DNA of 64,000 nucleotides, from assembly GCA_963705305.1 (NCBI GenBank), contig OY970067.1, positions 736,001 to 800,000 on the forward strand, read 5' to 3'. Numbering within the stretch: position 1 is the first letter of the stretch; each line of letters begins with the position of its first letter. The notes beneath the pieces were generated by a model, which was given only the letters and a program-made list of their open reading frames with translations, ran no database searches and had not been told where the DNA came from. Origin of the DNA: an uncultured Methylomirabilota bacterium (lineage in GTDB: Bacteria; Methylomirabilota; Methylomirabilia; Methylomirabilales; 2-02-FULL-66-22). Position numbers and translations under genes: made by a program. Positions 10,520 through 19,954 of this stretch are shown one piece after another.

Positions 10520-11188
10520 TTACCTCGCGGGGTGCTCGCGCTCTGCGCCGATCGAGGTCAGGAGCCGGCGCGCCGTCCCCTCATGGTGTTCAATCGCATG
10601 CCGCTCGGCCGCCGCCGCGTCGCCCCGGGCCAGCGCCCTCGCAATCAAGCGGTGATCTTGCGTGAGCCGCTCCAGCCGTCCCGGGATGAGCACGCTGATG
10701 TTGCGGAAGCGCTGGCTGGCGGCGTACAGGTTCTCCAGCAGCTCTTGGAGTCGAGCCGCTCGAGCGGCCTTCCAGATGATCCGGTGGAATTTGCGGTTCG
10801 CATCCAGCACCGCCTTGAGATCGCGGACGCCGACGGCGGCCTGCATGTCGTCCAACAGGTCGCTCAGCCGCTGGTGGTCGGCGGGGGTGAGATGGGGGGT
10901 TGCCAGGCGGGCAGCCAGCCCGTCCAGGACGGCGCGGATGTGATAGATCTCGACGATCTCTGCTTCCGACAGCTCGCTGACGACCGCGCCCCGGTGAGGC
11001 GTGATGGTGATCAGGCCTGCAACCCCGAGCCGGTGGAGGGCCTCCCGGACCGGCATTCGGCTCACGCCGAGCTCTTTGGCGACCTCGTCGGCGATGAGGC
11101 GTTTCCCCGCCGGGTAGCGGCCACTGAGCACCGCGTCCCGGATGGTGTCGTAGGCGATCTCCTGCATGGTCCGATAGGCCACCGCCAT
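10520..11188 (-). CDS. GntR (FCD) transcriptional regulator
   Basis: wHTH LGVSRMPVREAL; FCD NRKFH...DH motifs. Confidence 0.92.
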   Translation of the reverse strand: MAVAYRTMQEIAYDTIRDAVLSGRYPAGKRLIADEVAKELGVSRMPVREALHRLGVAGLITITPHRGAVVSELSEAEIVEIYHIRAVLDGLAARLATPHLTPADHQRLSDLLDDMQAAVGVRDLKAVLDANRKFHRIIWKAARAARLQELLENLYAASQRFRNISVLIPGRLERLTQDHRLIARALARGDAAAAERHAIEHHEGTARRLLTSIGAEREHPAR

Positions 11189-11278
11189 GCGCGATCTTCC
11201 TTCGTCGACCGGGTTGGCCGATCTTCCGGTTTCGGAGCGTCCGAGCGTTCAGGCCGGCTTTACCCGGCAGCTGGATAA

Positions 11279-11313
11279 TGGATACAATATCCAATTCTCC
11301 ACCGGCGTGTCAA
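11279..11313 (-). promoter_or_regulatory. Sigma70-like promoter with overlapping palindromic GntR-type operator
   Basis: TTGACA-18-TATTGT (11313-11284); near-palindrome TGGATACAATATCCA at 11279-11293 overlaps the -10. Confidence 0.65.
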
Positions 11314-11477
11314 GGCGGAAAACCTCCCCAGGTGGAACGCGTCCCGGCGATGGCACCCATGGAGGAGCGCCGCGCAGCCGGTGAGGCGGGGGTGCCTGGC
11401 GGAGGGGTGCGGGCTGGGGTGTGGACGTGATTGCTCACCCGTAACGAGGATATTGTTGCTGAACTACAGTAGGGGCC

Positions 11478-12997
11478 CCCTAATCTCCGGCTAAGAAGTT
11501 GAGGGGGATCGCGAATCACGCAGCGGCCCGCAGTGCGCGCGGCCCGCGGGGTTGGCATCGGCCTTGCTTGGTTTCACCCAGTGGGTGCAAACACCACAAG
11601 GAGGAGAGCGATGCCCGACACCTCGCCCCGGTTGCCGTTCGAGATCGATGACGCGATCGACCCCACGCTGGTCACGGGCCGGGCCGGGGTCCCGCTCGTG
11701 ATCGAGCTGTTCCGCCAGCTCGGGGTGGCCCAGGCCGTCGACACCCACGTTGCGGTCAAGCAGCGGCAGCGCGGATTACCCCCCTCGCAGCTCGTGGAGA
11801 GTCTCGTCGCGTTGTGGACGAGCGGCGGGGACCGCTGCCAGGACCTCACGACGCTCCGGGAGGATCAGGCCCTGGCCACGCTGCTCGGCTACCCCCTGCC
11901 GGCCGCGACCACGGTCCGGGACTTCCTCGAGGCCTTCCACGTGGAGGACGGGCCGCTCTGGGTGGCCGGGCCCGCGGCCACGGTCCCCCTGGAGTCCGCC
12001 CCCTTGGCGGGCCTCGGACAGGCGAACCGGACGCTGGTCGCGGGCGTCCAGCGCGGGGCCCGGGCGGCGACGGCCACCCTGGATGTGGACGCGACGCTCG
12101 TCGAGAGCCACAAGGACGCGGCGACCGTGGCCTACGACGGGACCCGGGGCTACCAGCCCGTCGTGGTCCTCTGGGCCGAGCACGATGTCATCGTGCACGA
12201 CCAGTTCCGCGATGGCCAGGTGCCCGCCGGGTGCGGCAACGTGCGCGTCCTCGAACAGGCGGTGGCCAACTTGCCCCAGGGCGTGGACCGCATCTCCCTG
12301 CGGGCCGACAGCGCCCTCTACGAGACGGAGGTCCTCCGCTGGTGCGAGGAGAAGAAAATCGCCTACGCGATTAGCGCCGATATGTCCGCGCAGCTCCAGG
12401 CCGAGATCCGGCGCCTCCCCGCGGCCGCCTGGCAGCTCGAGCGGGAGGAGCCCGAGGCGATCCGGGCCTGGGCCGAAGTCCCCTACGTCCCCGAGGATGG
12501 CGATCACCGGAAGGCGCGGCCGTGCGTTCGCCGCTACCTCGCGGTGCGTATCCAGCGACGCCAGGGGAGCCTCTTCGCCGACGGGAGTAGCGTGCAGTAC
12601 TTCGCCGTGGTCACCAATCGGCCGGAGGATGGGCTCACGATCCTCCGGTGGCACCGGGAGAAAGCAGGGACCATCGAGCACACCCATCACGTCCTCAAGA
12701 CCGAGCTGGCGGCCGCCGCGCTGCCCAGTGGGAAGTTCGGGGCGAACGCCGCCTGGTTCCGGCTGAACGTGCTCACCTACAACCTGCTCACCGCGCTCAA
12801 GCGGTTGACCTTACCCGGAGATCTCCGGACCGCCCGGCCGAAGCGTCTCCGGTTCCTGCTGTTCAACACCGTCGGGAAGGTCGTCGCGCATGCCCGACGG
12901 ACGCTCTTGCGGCTCTCGGGCGCCCTGCAGCACGCCTTGCTCGTCCGGGCGCGGCGCAAGATCGCCCGGCTGGCCACCGCTTAGCCGGAGATTAGGG
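11478..12997 (+). mobile_element. IS1380-family insertion sequence
   Basis: 18-bp perfect TIRs CCCTAATCTCCGGCTAAG / CTTAGCCGGAGATTAGGG; 5-bp target duplication GGGCC (11473-11477, 12998-13002). Confidence 0.9.
11611..12984 (+). CDS. IS1380-family DDE transposase
   Basis: LDVDAT, GYQP, LRADSALY, E...LK.E and FGANAAW motifs; RBS AGGAGAG. Confidence 0.92.
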   Translation: MPDTSPRLPFEIDDAIDPTLVTGRAGVPLVIELFRQLGVAQAVDTHVAVKQRQRGLPPSQLVESLVALWTSGGDRCQDLTTLREDQALATLLGYPLPAATTVRDFLEAFHVEDGPLWVAGPAATVPLESAPLAGLGQANRTLVAGVQRGARAATATLDVDATLVESHKDAATVAYDGTRGYQPVVVLWAEHDVIVHDQFRDGQVPAGCGNVRVLEQAVANLPQGVDRISLRADSALYETEVLRWCEEKKIAYAISADMSAQLQAEIRRLPAAAWQLEREEPEAIRAWAEVPYVPEDGDHRKARPCVRRYLAVRIQRRQGSLFADGSSVQYFAVVTNRPEDGLTILRWHREKAGTIEHTHHVLKTELAAAALPSGKFGANAAWFRLNVLTYNLLTALKRLTLPGDLRTARPKRLRFLLFNTVGKVVAHARRTLLRLSGALQHALLVRARRKIARLATA

Positions 12998-13044
12998 GGG
13001 CCCCTTTTGGCTTGACTCCAACGCTGAACCTGTGGCAGGGTCAA

Positions 13045-14892
13045 ATGAACTCGCCGCCGAGTTCCTCTCGGGGGCCATTGACTACCGGCGACGGCTCAGA
13101 TGTGAACGACGGCATCTTCCCCCGGTCGCAGTCGGCCAGAGTGGACAACGCGAACTTCACCCCGGCTCCCAAGGAGCCGGCCATCGGGTCCCCTTCGAGC
13201 GCACGCGCTTGCCGGGCTGAGTTCGCCCTGCTCCTCGCGATCTGCCTGCCGTTTCTTTTCTTCAAGCTGGGGTTTCCATTCCTCGACATGGGTGAGGGCC
13301 TGTACGGGACGGTCGCCAGCGAGATGCTCAGGGGCGGCGACTGGGTCTTCCCACATTTCAACGGCCTGCCCTACCTCGAGAAGCCACCCCTTTACTTCTG
13401 GCTGTCGGCCGCGACGCTGGCGCTCGGCCTCTCCGCCGAGTGGGCGACCCGTCTGTGGTCTGCCCTGCCGGCCTTGGGGAGCGCGCTCCTCACGTGGCGA
13501 CTGGGGGTGCGCCTCTTTGGCGGGGACGCCGGTCTGCTGGCGGGCATCGCGCTGGCGACGACTCCCGGCTTCGTGCAGCTCGCCAGGCGGGCCTCCCCCG
13601 ACCTGCTCACGGTCTTCTGTCTTACCCTCGCCATCTACGGCTTCGTCCGCGACCTGGAGCGGCCGGCCGGCAGGGGGCGCTTCCTCATCTGCTACCTGGG
13701 CATCGCCCTGGGCCTCCTGAGCAAGGGGCTCATCGGCGCGCTCTTCCCACTCCTCATCCTCGGCATCTGGCTCGCCTGCACCCGGCGACCGTCCTGGCGC
13801 GAGCTGAACCTCGGGTGGGGCATGGCGCTCGTCGCCCTGGTGGCGCTGCCGTGGCACCTCGCCGTGGCCTGGCGGAGCCCCGCGCATCTCTGGTTCTACC
13901 TCATGGACAACCAGGTGCTCCGGTTTCTGAACTGGCGGGGCGTCGTCGAGGACGACGTTCCCATGTCCGCCCTCGCGTTCCTGCTGGTGACCTTTCTCCT
14001 GGCCTTTCCCTGGAGCGTGTTCGTGTTTGCCCGCGGGGAGCGGAGGCAGGCGCCGGCCTCCCGATCATTGGTCGGAATCTGGACGCTGGTCGTGATCGGC
14101 TTCTTCGCCCTGTCTCGGTCCAAGCTCGAGTACTACGCGCTGCCTGCCTTTCCCGCCCTGGCGCTCTGCGCCGGCTCGGCCTGGGCCTGGCGTCGCGGGA
14201 TAAGAATCTGGCTGCTGCTGGGCGCGGCGGGCTCCGCCTTGGTGGGGATATGGGCGCTCGCCGCGGGTGCCACGCTCACAGCCAGCCAAGCCCTGCGGGG
14301 GCTGGCGGAACTCAATGTCCAGTACCGCATCCTGCTCAATCAGGGCCTTCCGCTGCCGTTCGCTTCTCCCCGCCCGTTCGGGCTGCTCCTGCAGGGGCTC
14401 GGCGTCACACTGCTGGTGGGCTGGGGCCTTGCCGTGGCATGCTGGCTGCGGTCGCGGCCGCGCGGCGCCTTCGGGGCGCTGGTCCTCACGGCAGCCGGCA
14501 TCGCGGCTCTGATTCTTCTGCTCCTGCATGTCATCCAGCCATACCACTCCGCCCGGGCCGTCGGCCTAGCCATCCGCGAACGCGCCGCCGCCGCCGACGT
14601 TGTGGTCCACGAAGGGATGCTGGAGTACAGCGGGGCGTTGCCGCTGTATGCCGGGCGGCGGGTGCTGGTGGTTGACGGCCGGAGGGGCGACCTGGCCTTC
14701 GCGTCGCGGCTGCCCGAGGCCAAAGGCGTATTCCTCGACCGCCAGGAATTCACCCGCCTCTGGCAGGGCGAACGGCGCGTATTCCTGGTCACCCAGCGGC
14801 TTCCGTCCCGGAGCGTCATCTCGACGCTTCCCGCGGGTACCGTCCACGACCTCGGCCTGTACGGGTCGCGCCACCTGTTCTCGAATCGCTGA
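13045..14892 (+). CDS. ArnT-like glycosyltransferase family 39 (PMT_2)
   Basis: EGLYG...EM, YLEKPPLYFW, LSKGLIG, ALPWH and SKLEYYALP motifs; start uncertain. Confidence 0.88.
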   Translation: MNSPPSSSRGPLTTGDGSDVNDGIFPRSQSARVDNANFTPAPKEPAIGSPSSARACRAEFALLLAICLPFLFFKLGFPFLDMGEGLYGTVASEMLRGGDWVFPHFNGLPYLEKPPLYFWLSAATLALGLSAEWATRLWSALPALGSALLTWRLGVRLFGGDAGLLAGIALATTPGFVQLARRASPDLLTVFCLTLAIYGFVRDLERPAGRGRFLICYLGIALGLLSKGLIGALFPLLILGIWLACTRRPSWRELNLGWGMALVALVALPWHLAVAWRSPAHLWFYLMDNQVLRFLNWRGVVEDDVPMSALAFLLVTFLLAFPWSVFVFARGERRQAPASRSLVGIWTLVVIGFFALSRSKLEYYALPAFPALALCAGSAWAWRRGIRIWLLLGAAGSALVGIWALAAGATLTASQALRGLAELNVQYRILLNQGLPLPFASPRPFGLLLQGLGVTLLVGWGLAVACWLRSRPRGAFGALVLTAAGIAALILLLLHVIQPYHSARAVGLAIRERAAAADVVVHEGMLEYSGALPLYAGRRVLVVDGRRGDLAFASRLPEAKGVFLDRQEFTRLWQGERRVFLVTQRLPSRSVISTLPAGTVHDLGLYGSRHLFSNR

Positions 14893-14970
14893 GCCCCCCG
14901 CGTCGGCGCCGCGGCGAGGCGAGGCGGCGGGGCGCAGGGTAGTCGGCCCAGCGACGAACCGGGCACGCGC

Positions 14971-16296
14971 ATGGAAAGCGGTCGCCTGCCGAGAGTGGTC
15001 CTGGTCCTGGGCGCCCGAGGCTTCCTGGGCGAGCACATCGTCGAGCAGCTGGCTGCCAGCGGTTGCGACGTGCTGGCCGCCCAGCGTTCGGGCTCCGGCC
15101 ACGCCTATTCGTCGCCGCGCATCACAGTGATCGAGGGGGATCTCCTGGACGGCGCATTCGTGCGCGGCGCCCTGGATCAGGCCGATGCCGCCATGTTCGC
15201 GGCCGGCCGCACCTGGCAGCCCGGCCTGGACGTCACCGAGTACCAGCGGCAAAACGTGGAGATCACCCGGCGATTCTTCGAGGCGCTGGGGCACCGGCCA
15301 CGCCTGCCCGTCGTCTTCACCTCGTCGCTCGCCACACTGTCCGGCAGCCGGATGCCCCATCTGTTCGCCGAGGACTCCGGCCGGCGTGAGGTCTGCGAGC
15401 GCGGGCTCAACCCGTATGCCCGGGCTAAGATCGTCTGCGAGCAGATGGCGCTGGATGCCGCCCGGCGCGGGAATCACGTCGTGATCCTCAACCCCGGTCA
15501 GCTCCTGGGGCCGGGGGCCCATCCCGGCTCGAACCTGGCATCGGCCTTCGTGCTGCTCTGGGTGTGCCAGGGAAAGGCTCCCTTCTTCGTCCGCGGCGGG
15601 ACGACCTACAGCGACGTGCGCGACGTGGCCCGCGGCCATGTGGCGGCGCTGGCCTGCGGCCGCAGCGGCCAGCGGTATGTGCTGGGCGGACATTGCCTCG
15701 AGCGGAGCGAGTTCTACGAGCGCGTCGCTCTTCTCAGCGGCCTGCGGCCGCCGCGGGGAGTGCCCCGCGGCGTCGCGTACGTGGTGACAGCACTGCATGA
15801 CGGGTTCGCCTCCCTCTCCGCCGGGCTGTTTAAGAGCCCCGTTCACCGCTCATTCGTCCGCGGGGAAGGCCTGTATTACTACGGCGACTCGCGGAAAGCG
15901 ATTCGCGAGCTCGCCTATACCATAACGCCCATCGAGGCGACTGTCCTCGACACCCTGCGCTACTATCACGCCAGGGGGCTGCTGCCTTCAGAGTTGGACT
16001 TCGTCAAGGACCTGACGGTGGAGGATGCTCCGGCGCTTGTGTTCCTGAGACAACTGGCGGCCAAGAACGCCTTTTCGCGTTTCCTGCTGGCCCGGATCGG
16101 GCGTGTACACGCGATCTGCCGATCGAACCACCAACTGCAGGCGGCCTTGACGCGATTACTCGCGGCGGCTCTGGGCGGCGGGCGAGCGGAGTCCGTCGCG
16201 AGCGCCAAGCAACTGGCGGAGGATCGCAAGCTTCTGAACCGATTCTTCGAGTACCTGTACTTTGCCTCCGACGAATTCCTGCGCGAGGTTGACTGA
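14971..16296 (+). CDS. NAD-dependent epimerase/dehydratase (HpnA/dihydroflavonol reductase-like) with about 100-aa C-terminal extension
   Basis: GARGFLG, TSS, YARAK and DVRDVARGH motifs. Confidence 0.85.
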   Translation: MESGRLPRVVLVLGARGFLGEHIVEQLAASGCDVLAAQRSGSGHAYSSPRITVIEGDLLDGAFVRGALDQADAAMFAAGRTWQPGLDVTEYQRQNVEITRRFFEALGHRPRLPVVFTSSLATLSGSRMPHLFAEDSGRREVCERGLNPYARAKIVCEQMALDAARRGNHVVILNPGQLLGPGAHPGSNLASAFVLLWVCQGKAPFFVRGGTTYSDVRDVARGHVAALACGRSGQRYVLGGHCLERSEFYERVALLSGLRPPRGVPRGVAYVVTALHDGFASLSAGLFKSPVHRSFVRGEGLYYYGDSRKAIRELAYTITPIEATVLDTLRYYHARGLLPSELDFVKDLTVEDAPALVFLRQLAAKNAFSRFLLARIGRVHAICRSNHQLQAALTRLLAAALGGGRAESVASAKQLAEDRKLLNRFFEYLYFASDEFLREVD

Positions 16297-16300
16297 GCGG

Positions 16301-17965
16301 ATGGGGGATCTCCCGCGAATCGAGGGCGGTGAATTCTGCGTCGTGGGGACCGGCGCGGCCGGCGGCATCCTCGCCTACCGCCTGGCGATGGAAGGCTTTT
16401 CGGTTCTCTCCCTGGAACAGGGTCAGCCCATCGCCGACAGCTACTTCACCAACGAGCTCAATCCCGAACACGACCCCCTGTTCGGCATCGCCCCGGATAT
16501 GCCCTGGCCGATCGACCCGAACGATCACTACTTCTACGGCGACGCCCAGGCGCACGCCCTTTACGCACGGGATGACGAGACCTCCACCACGGCCGCCTCC
16601 CACCGGGTGTTCGTGAATCGGCAGGTGTTCCGGCTGAACGGCAAGACCAATTTGTGGGGCGGCACAAGCCTCCGGTACTCCTCCCGGGATTTCCTCGGCA
16701 GGGAGTACGGAGATTCCGACGCCAACTGGCCCATCCGCTATGAGGACCTCGCCGCCCACTACGCGGCCGTCGAGCGGCTGATTGGCGTCTGCGGCACCCG
16801 CGAAGGGCTGGACCAAGTGCCGGATGGGGAGTTCCTGCCCCCCCTCCCGCTTCGCCCGGCGGATCACATCCTGCTGGAGGCGGTGAAGAGGCTGCGCGGA
16901 GCGGCGATTAGTGCCATCCCCAATCGGAAAGCCATTGAGACCCGCCTCGAGCAGCCCAATCACTGCCGCAGCTGCTGCGACTGCGTCTACGGCTGCCAGG
17001 CCGGGAGCGTCTACAAGTTTTCCAGCCGGCTGCAGCCACGGATCATCGGGCGAGGGAACTACCGCCTCCGCTGTGGGCTGAAGGTCGTGCGCCTGCTCCG
17101 CGAGGCCGGCACGAGCCGGATCCGGGCGGCCGAATGCCTGGACCTGGCCACCGGGAGGGCCGTCCAGGTCGAGGCGCGCGCCTTTATCCTGTGCTGCGGA
17201 GCCCTGGAAACCCCCCGCATCCTGTTCAATTCCAGGGACGACGCCTTCCCAAACGGATTGGCCAACAGCTCGGGGCTCCTGGGGCGCTATCTCCAGGATA
17301 ACGTCAGGGCCCTCCTCGGCGCATCGTTGGCGCCGCTCCTCGGCACGAGGGAGCGGTATCCGCAGGGCGCGGCCGACGCCCTCTTGATCCCGAGATTCCT
17401 TTTCGACAATCAGGGATTCCGGGGAGGCTACCAGGCCCAGTACTGCCACTTCCTACCTAAGCGGCCCTACTACCTCGATCAGATCCGGTGGGTCCCGGGC
17501 CGGATTAAGCCGCGGGTCGCCCGGCTCATCTTCCGCAGTCTTGTCGCCCTCTACTTCTTCGGCAAGCCAGAGGCGCGAGAGGATAACTGCGTGTTCCCCA
17601 GCCCGCAGCGGGACAGACACGGGGTCCCGCAAGTCGATGTCAGGTACGCCTTCCATCCGAACGATCTGCGGATGCAGGACAGTATGATCCGGTATGGTCG
17701 CCGGATCCTGCGGAAGTGCGGGGCTGTCGCGATCTCGGTCTTCACCGACCCCCGGCCGGGAGCGGGCATCCATTATGCCGGCACCTGTCGCATGGCATCC
17801 TCCCGCGACGCTGGAGTGGTCGATGATTGCCTCCGAGCCTTCGACCATGCCAACCTGTACCTGTGCGACGGCAGCGTCGTGCCCGAGATCTCAGAGAAGA
17901 ATCTGACCCTGACGATCATGGCGCTGGCCCACCGCCTGGCCGACCACCTGGCCGCCACGCGGTAG
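16301..17965 (+). CDS. GMC family oxidoreductase (FAD)
   Basis: VGTGAAGG, LNGKTNLWGG, WPIRYEDL, LANSSG, HYAGTCRM and NLTLTIMALA motifs. Confidence 0.9.
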   Translation: MGDLPRIEGGEFCVVGTGAAGGILAYRLAMEGFSVLSLEQGQPIADSYFTNELNPEHDPLFGIAPDMPWPIDPNDHYFYGDAQAHALYARDDETSTTAASHRVFVNRQVFRLNGKTNLWGGTSLRYSSRDFLGREYGDSDANWPIRYEDLAAHYAAVERLIGVCGTREGLDQVPDGEFLPPLPLRPADHILLEAVKRLRGAAISAIPNRKAIETRLEQPNHCRSCCDCVYGCQAGSVYKFSSRLQPRIIGRGNYRLRCGLKVVRLLREAGTSRIRAAECLDLATGRAVQVEARAFILCCGALETPRILFNSRDDAFPNGLANSSGLLGRYLQDNVRALLGASLAPLLGTRERYPQGAADALLIPRFLFDNQGFRGGYQAQYCHFLPKRPYYLDQIRWVPGRIKPRVARLIFRSLVALYFFGKPEAREDNCVFPSPQRDRHGVPQVDVRYAFHPNDLRMQDSMIRYGRRILRKCGAVAISVFTDPRPGAGIHYAGTCRMASSRDAGVVDDCLRAFDHANLYLCDGSVVPEISEKNLTLTIMALAHRLADHLAATR

Positions 17966-18178
17966 ACAGGATGGATACAGGGGACGGCCACGGATTGCAT
18001 CATGTGCCCACATCCCCCTTCACTGACCAGTTGAGGTAATCAAGGGGAACCAGGCGGGTACCACACACGACCTCCCACCCGGCCAAGACGGACGAACAGG
18101 GGCGGGGAAAAGAATCTCCTTCTGGCCGTGGAGATCGGCTCCGACCAGATGGGCCTCGCCGAATGCGGAGGGCGTCCC

Positions 18179-19441
18179 TCAGGCCAGGGCAGCCGCCGGG
18201 TCCCCGCCGCTCCCGCCTCCTGGCAGCACCAGCCCGGCATAGCGGATGGGCCGGGCGGGGTCGAACCGCGGAAGCGCGGAGAGCGGGCGCCCCTGGCGGA
18301 TCAGCATTGCGATCGGGCCCGCGTCGGACACGTCGCCCACCAGGACGGCCCCGACCAACCGGTCGCCCGCGATCACGAGCTTGCGGTAGACGCCAGCCCG
18401 CCCCCGCACGGCGGCCCGCGCCTTGGCATCCGGCGCCTCGATCATCCCGATCGAGGCCACCGCCAGGCCGAATGACTCCATTACGTTCATCTTGAGGGCC
18501 CCGGCGGTTGGCCGGGACAGCCCCAGCATGTTGGCACCAGCCATCTCGCCCTGCGCCACGGCTTCACACCACGTCCCGGCGATCGTCTTTTTCCCCCGCT
18601 CGAGTAGATCGGGGGCCTCGGCGCAATCCCCGGCCGCGAAGATCTCCGGCCGGCTCGTACAGAGGTACGGGTCGACCAGGATGCCGCGACCGGTCGCCAG
18701 CCCGCTCACCTGGGCCAGCTCGGTGCGCGCCCGGATTCCCTTGGCGAGGATTACGAGGTCTGCCGGCAGCTCGTCGCCGGCCGCGGTCACCACGGCGCGG
18801 ACGCGGCCGTTCCGGCCCACGATGCGCGCGGCGTCGGTGTGCAGGAGCACGCGCACCCCGGCGGCCGCCAGGCGCTGCTGGACGAGCGCCGCGCCGCCTT
18901 CGTCCATCATGCGCGAGAGCAACCGCCCCGACGAGACCGCGATGGACACCGCGAGGCCCAGCTTGACCAGCGCGCGGACCACGAGGAGGCAGATGAGCCC
19001 GCCGCCCAGAATCACCGCCTGGCGGGCACCCGGGAGGTGCTCCCGGATCCGGAGCGCGTCGGCCATGGTCTTGAGGGGAAAAACCCCGGGCGTCTCGATC
19101 CCATCGCAGGCGGGGATGGTGGCATGCGACCCTGTCGCCAGCAGGAGCCGGTCGAAGGGCAGGCTCGTCCCGTCATCGAGCCCGACCGCCGAGGCGTCGA
19201 TCTGCACGGCCCGGCGGCCCAGCAGGATCCGCGCGCCCATCCGCTGAACATAATCGGGCGGGCGAAGCGCTAGGTCGCGGCGCTCCCCGCTCAGCAGGTA
19301 GGGCAGCATCACCCGCGAGTAGGCGGGGATGGGCTCGTCCGAGACCAGCGTGACCGGGCACTGGCCACCCAGGCGCCGGATGCTCTCCAGCGCTGCGAGG
19401 CCGGCGGCGCTGTTGCCGACAATGACGATTCGCGGCGACAT
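18179..19441 (-). CDS. FAD/NAD(P)-dependent oxidoreductase (AorC-like partner of AOR)
   Basis: VGNSAAG, LLATGS, GGGLI and TSRPEIFAAGDC motifs. Confidence 0.88.
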   Translation of the reverse strand: MSPRIVIVGNSAAGLAALESIRRLGGQCPVTLVSDEPIPAYSRVMLPYLLSGERRDLALRPPDYVQRMGARILLGRRAVQIDASAVGLDDGTSLPFDRLLLATGSHATIPACDGIETPGVFPLKTMADALRIREHLPGARQAVILGGGLICLLVVRALVKLGLAVSIAVSSGRLLSRMMDEGGAALVQQRLAAAGVRVLLHTDAARIVGRNGRVRAVVTAAGDELPADLVILAKGIRARTELAQVSGLATGRGILVDPYLCTSRPEIFAAGDCAEAPDLLERGKKTIAGTWCEAVAQGEMAGANMLGLSRPTAGALKMNVMESFGLAVASIGMIEAPDAKARAAVRGRAGVYRKLVIAGDRLVGAVLVGDVSDAGPIAMLIRQGRPLSALPRFDPARPIRYAGLVLPGGGSGGDPAAALA

Positions 19442-19486
19442 CGGAACTCCTTGCCCGGGCGGCCCGTCACCGGGCTCCGCGGGCGG

Positions 19487-19954
19487 CTATCCCTTGGCCG
19501 CCTCGGCCACTCGCCGCGCAAACTCGCGCCCCTTGGGGACCCCGGCCAGGGCTGACTCCCGGAACTCGAGGGCGCCGGCGATGCAGAAGCGCACGCACTC
19601 CGGGTCCCCGCCACAGGTGTCGCACTTGGCGATCACGCGTGCCGCGGGGTCGAAGGCGATCACCCCGAAGGGGCAGACGAGCATGCACATGCGGCAGCCG
19701 ATGCACGCCTCCTTCACGAAGCGCACGAGGCCGTCGCCCTGCTGGAGGGCGTTCGCCGGGCAGACCTTGACGCAGGGGGCGTCTGCACACTGGAAGCAGG
19801 CGAGAGGGATGTGTCTGAACTCCTCGGCAAAGACATAGACCTTGATGCGGCTCTGCGTCGGGGCGAAGGCGCCGGTCGCCTGGAGTGAGCACGCCATCTC
19901 GCAGAGGCGGCAGTTCGTGCACTTGGCGGGATCGACGACCAGCATGCGGCTCAT
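19487..19954 (-). CDS. 4Fe-4S dicluster protein (AorA-like)
   Basis: Four Cys clusters; ATGA overlap with the AOR stop. Confidence 0.9.
   Translation of the reverse strand: MSRMLVVDPAKCTNCRLCEMACSLQATGAFAPTQSRIKVYVFAEEFRHIPLACFQCADAPCVKVCPANALQQGDGLVRFVKEACIGCRMCMLVCPFGVIAFDPAARVIAKCDTCGGDPECVRFCIAGALEFRESALAGVPKGREFARRVAEAAKG

Noticed and set aside
17976..18022. AGGGGACGG and ACATCCCCCTT as further RAYT end motifs (also GACGTCCCT at about 2186)
   Set aside because: The matches are too short or degenerate to separate from chance in GC-rich DNA
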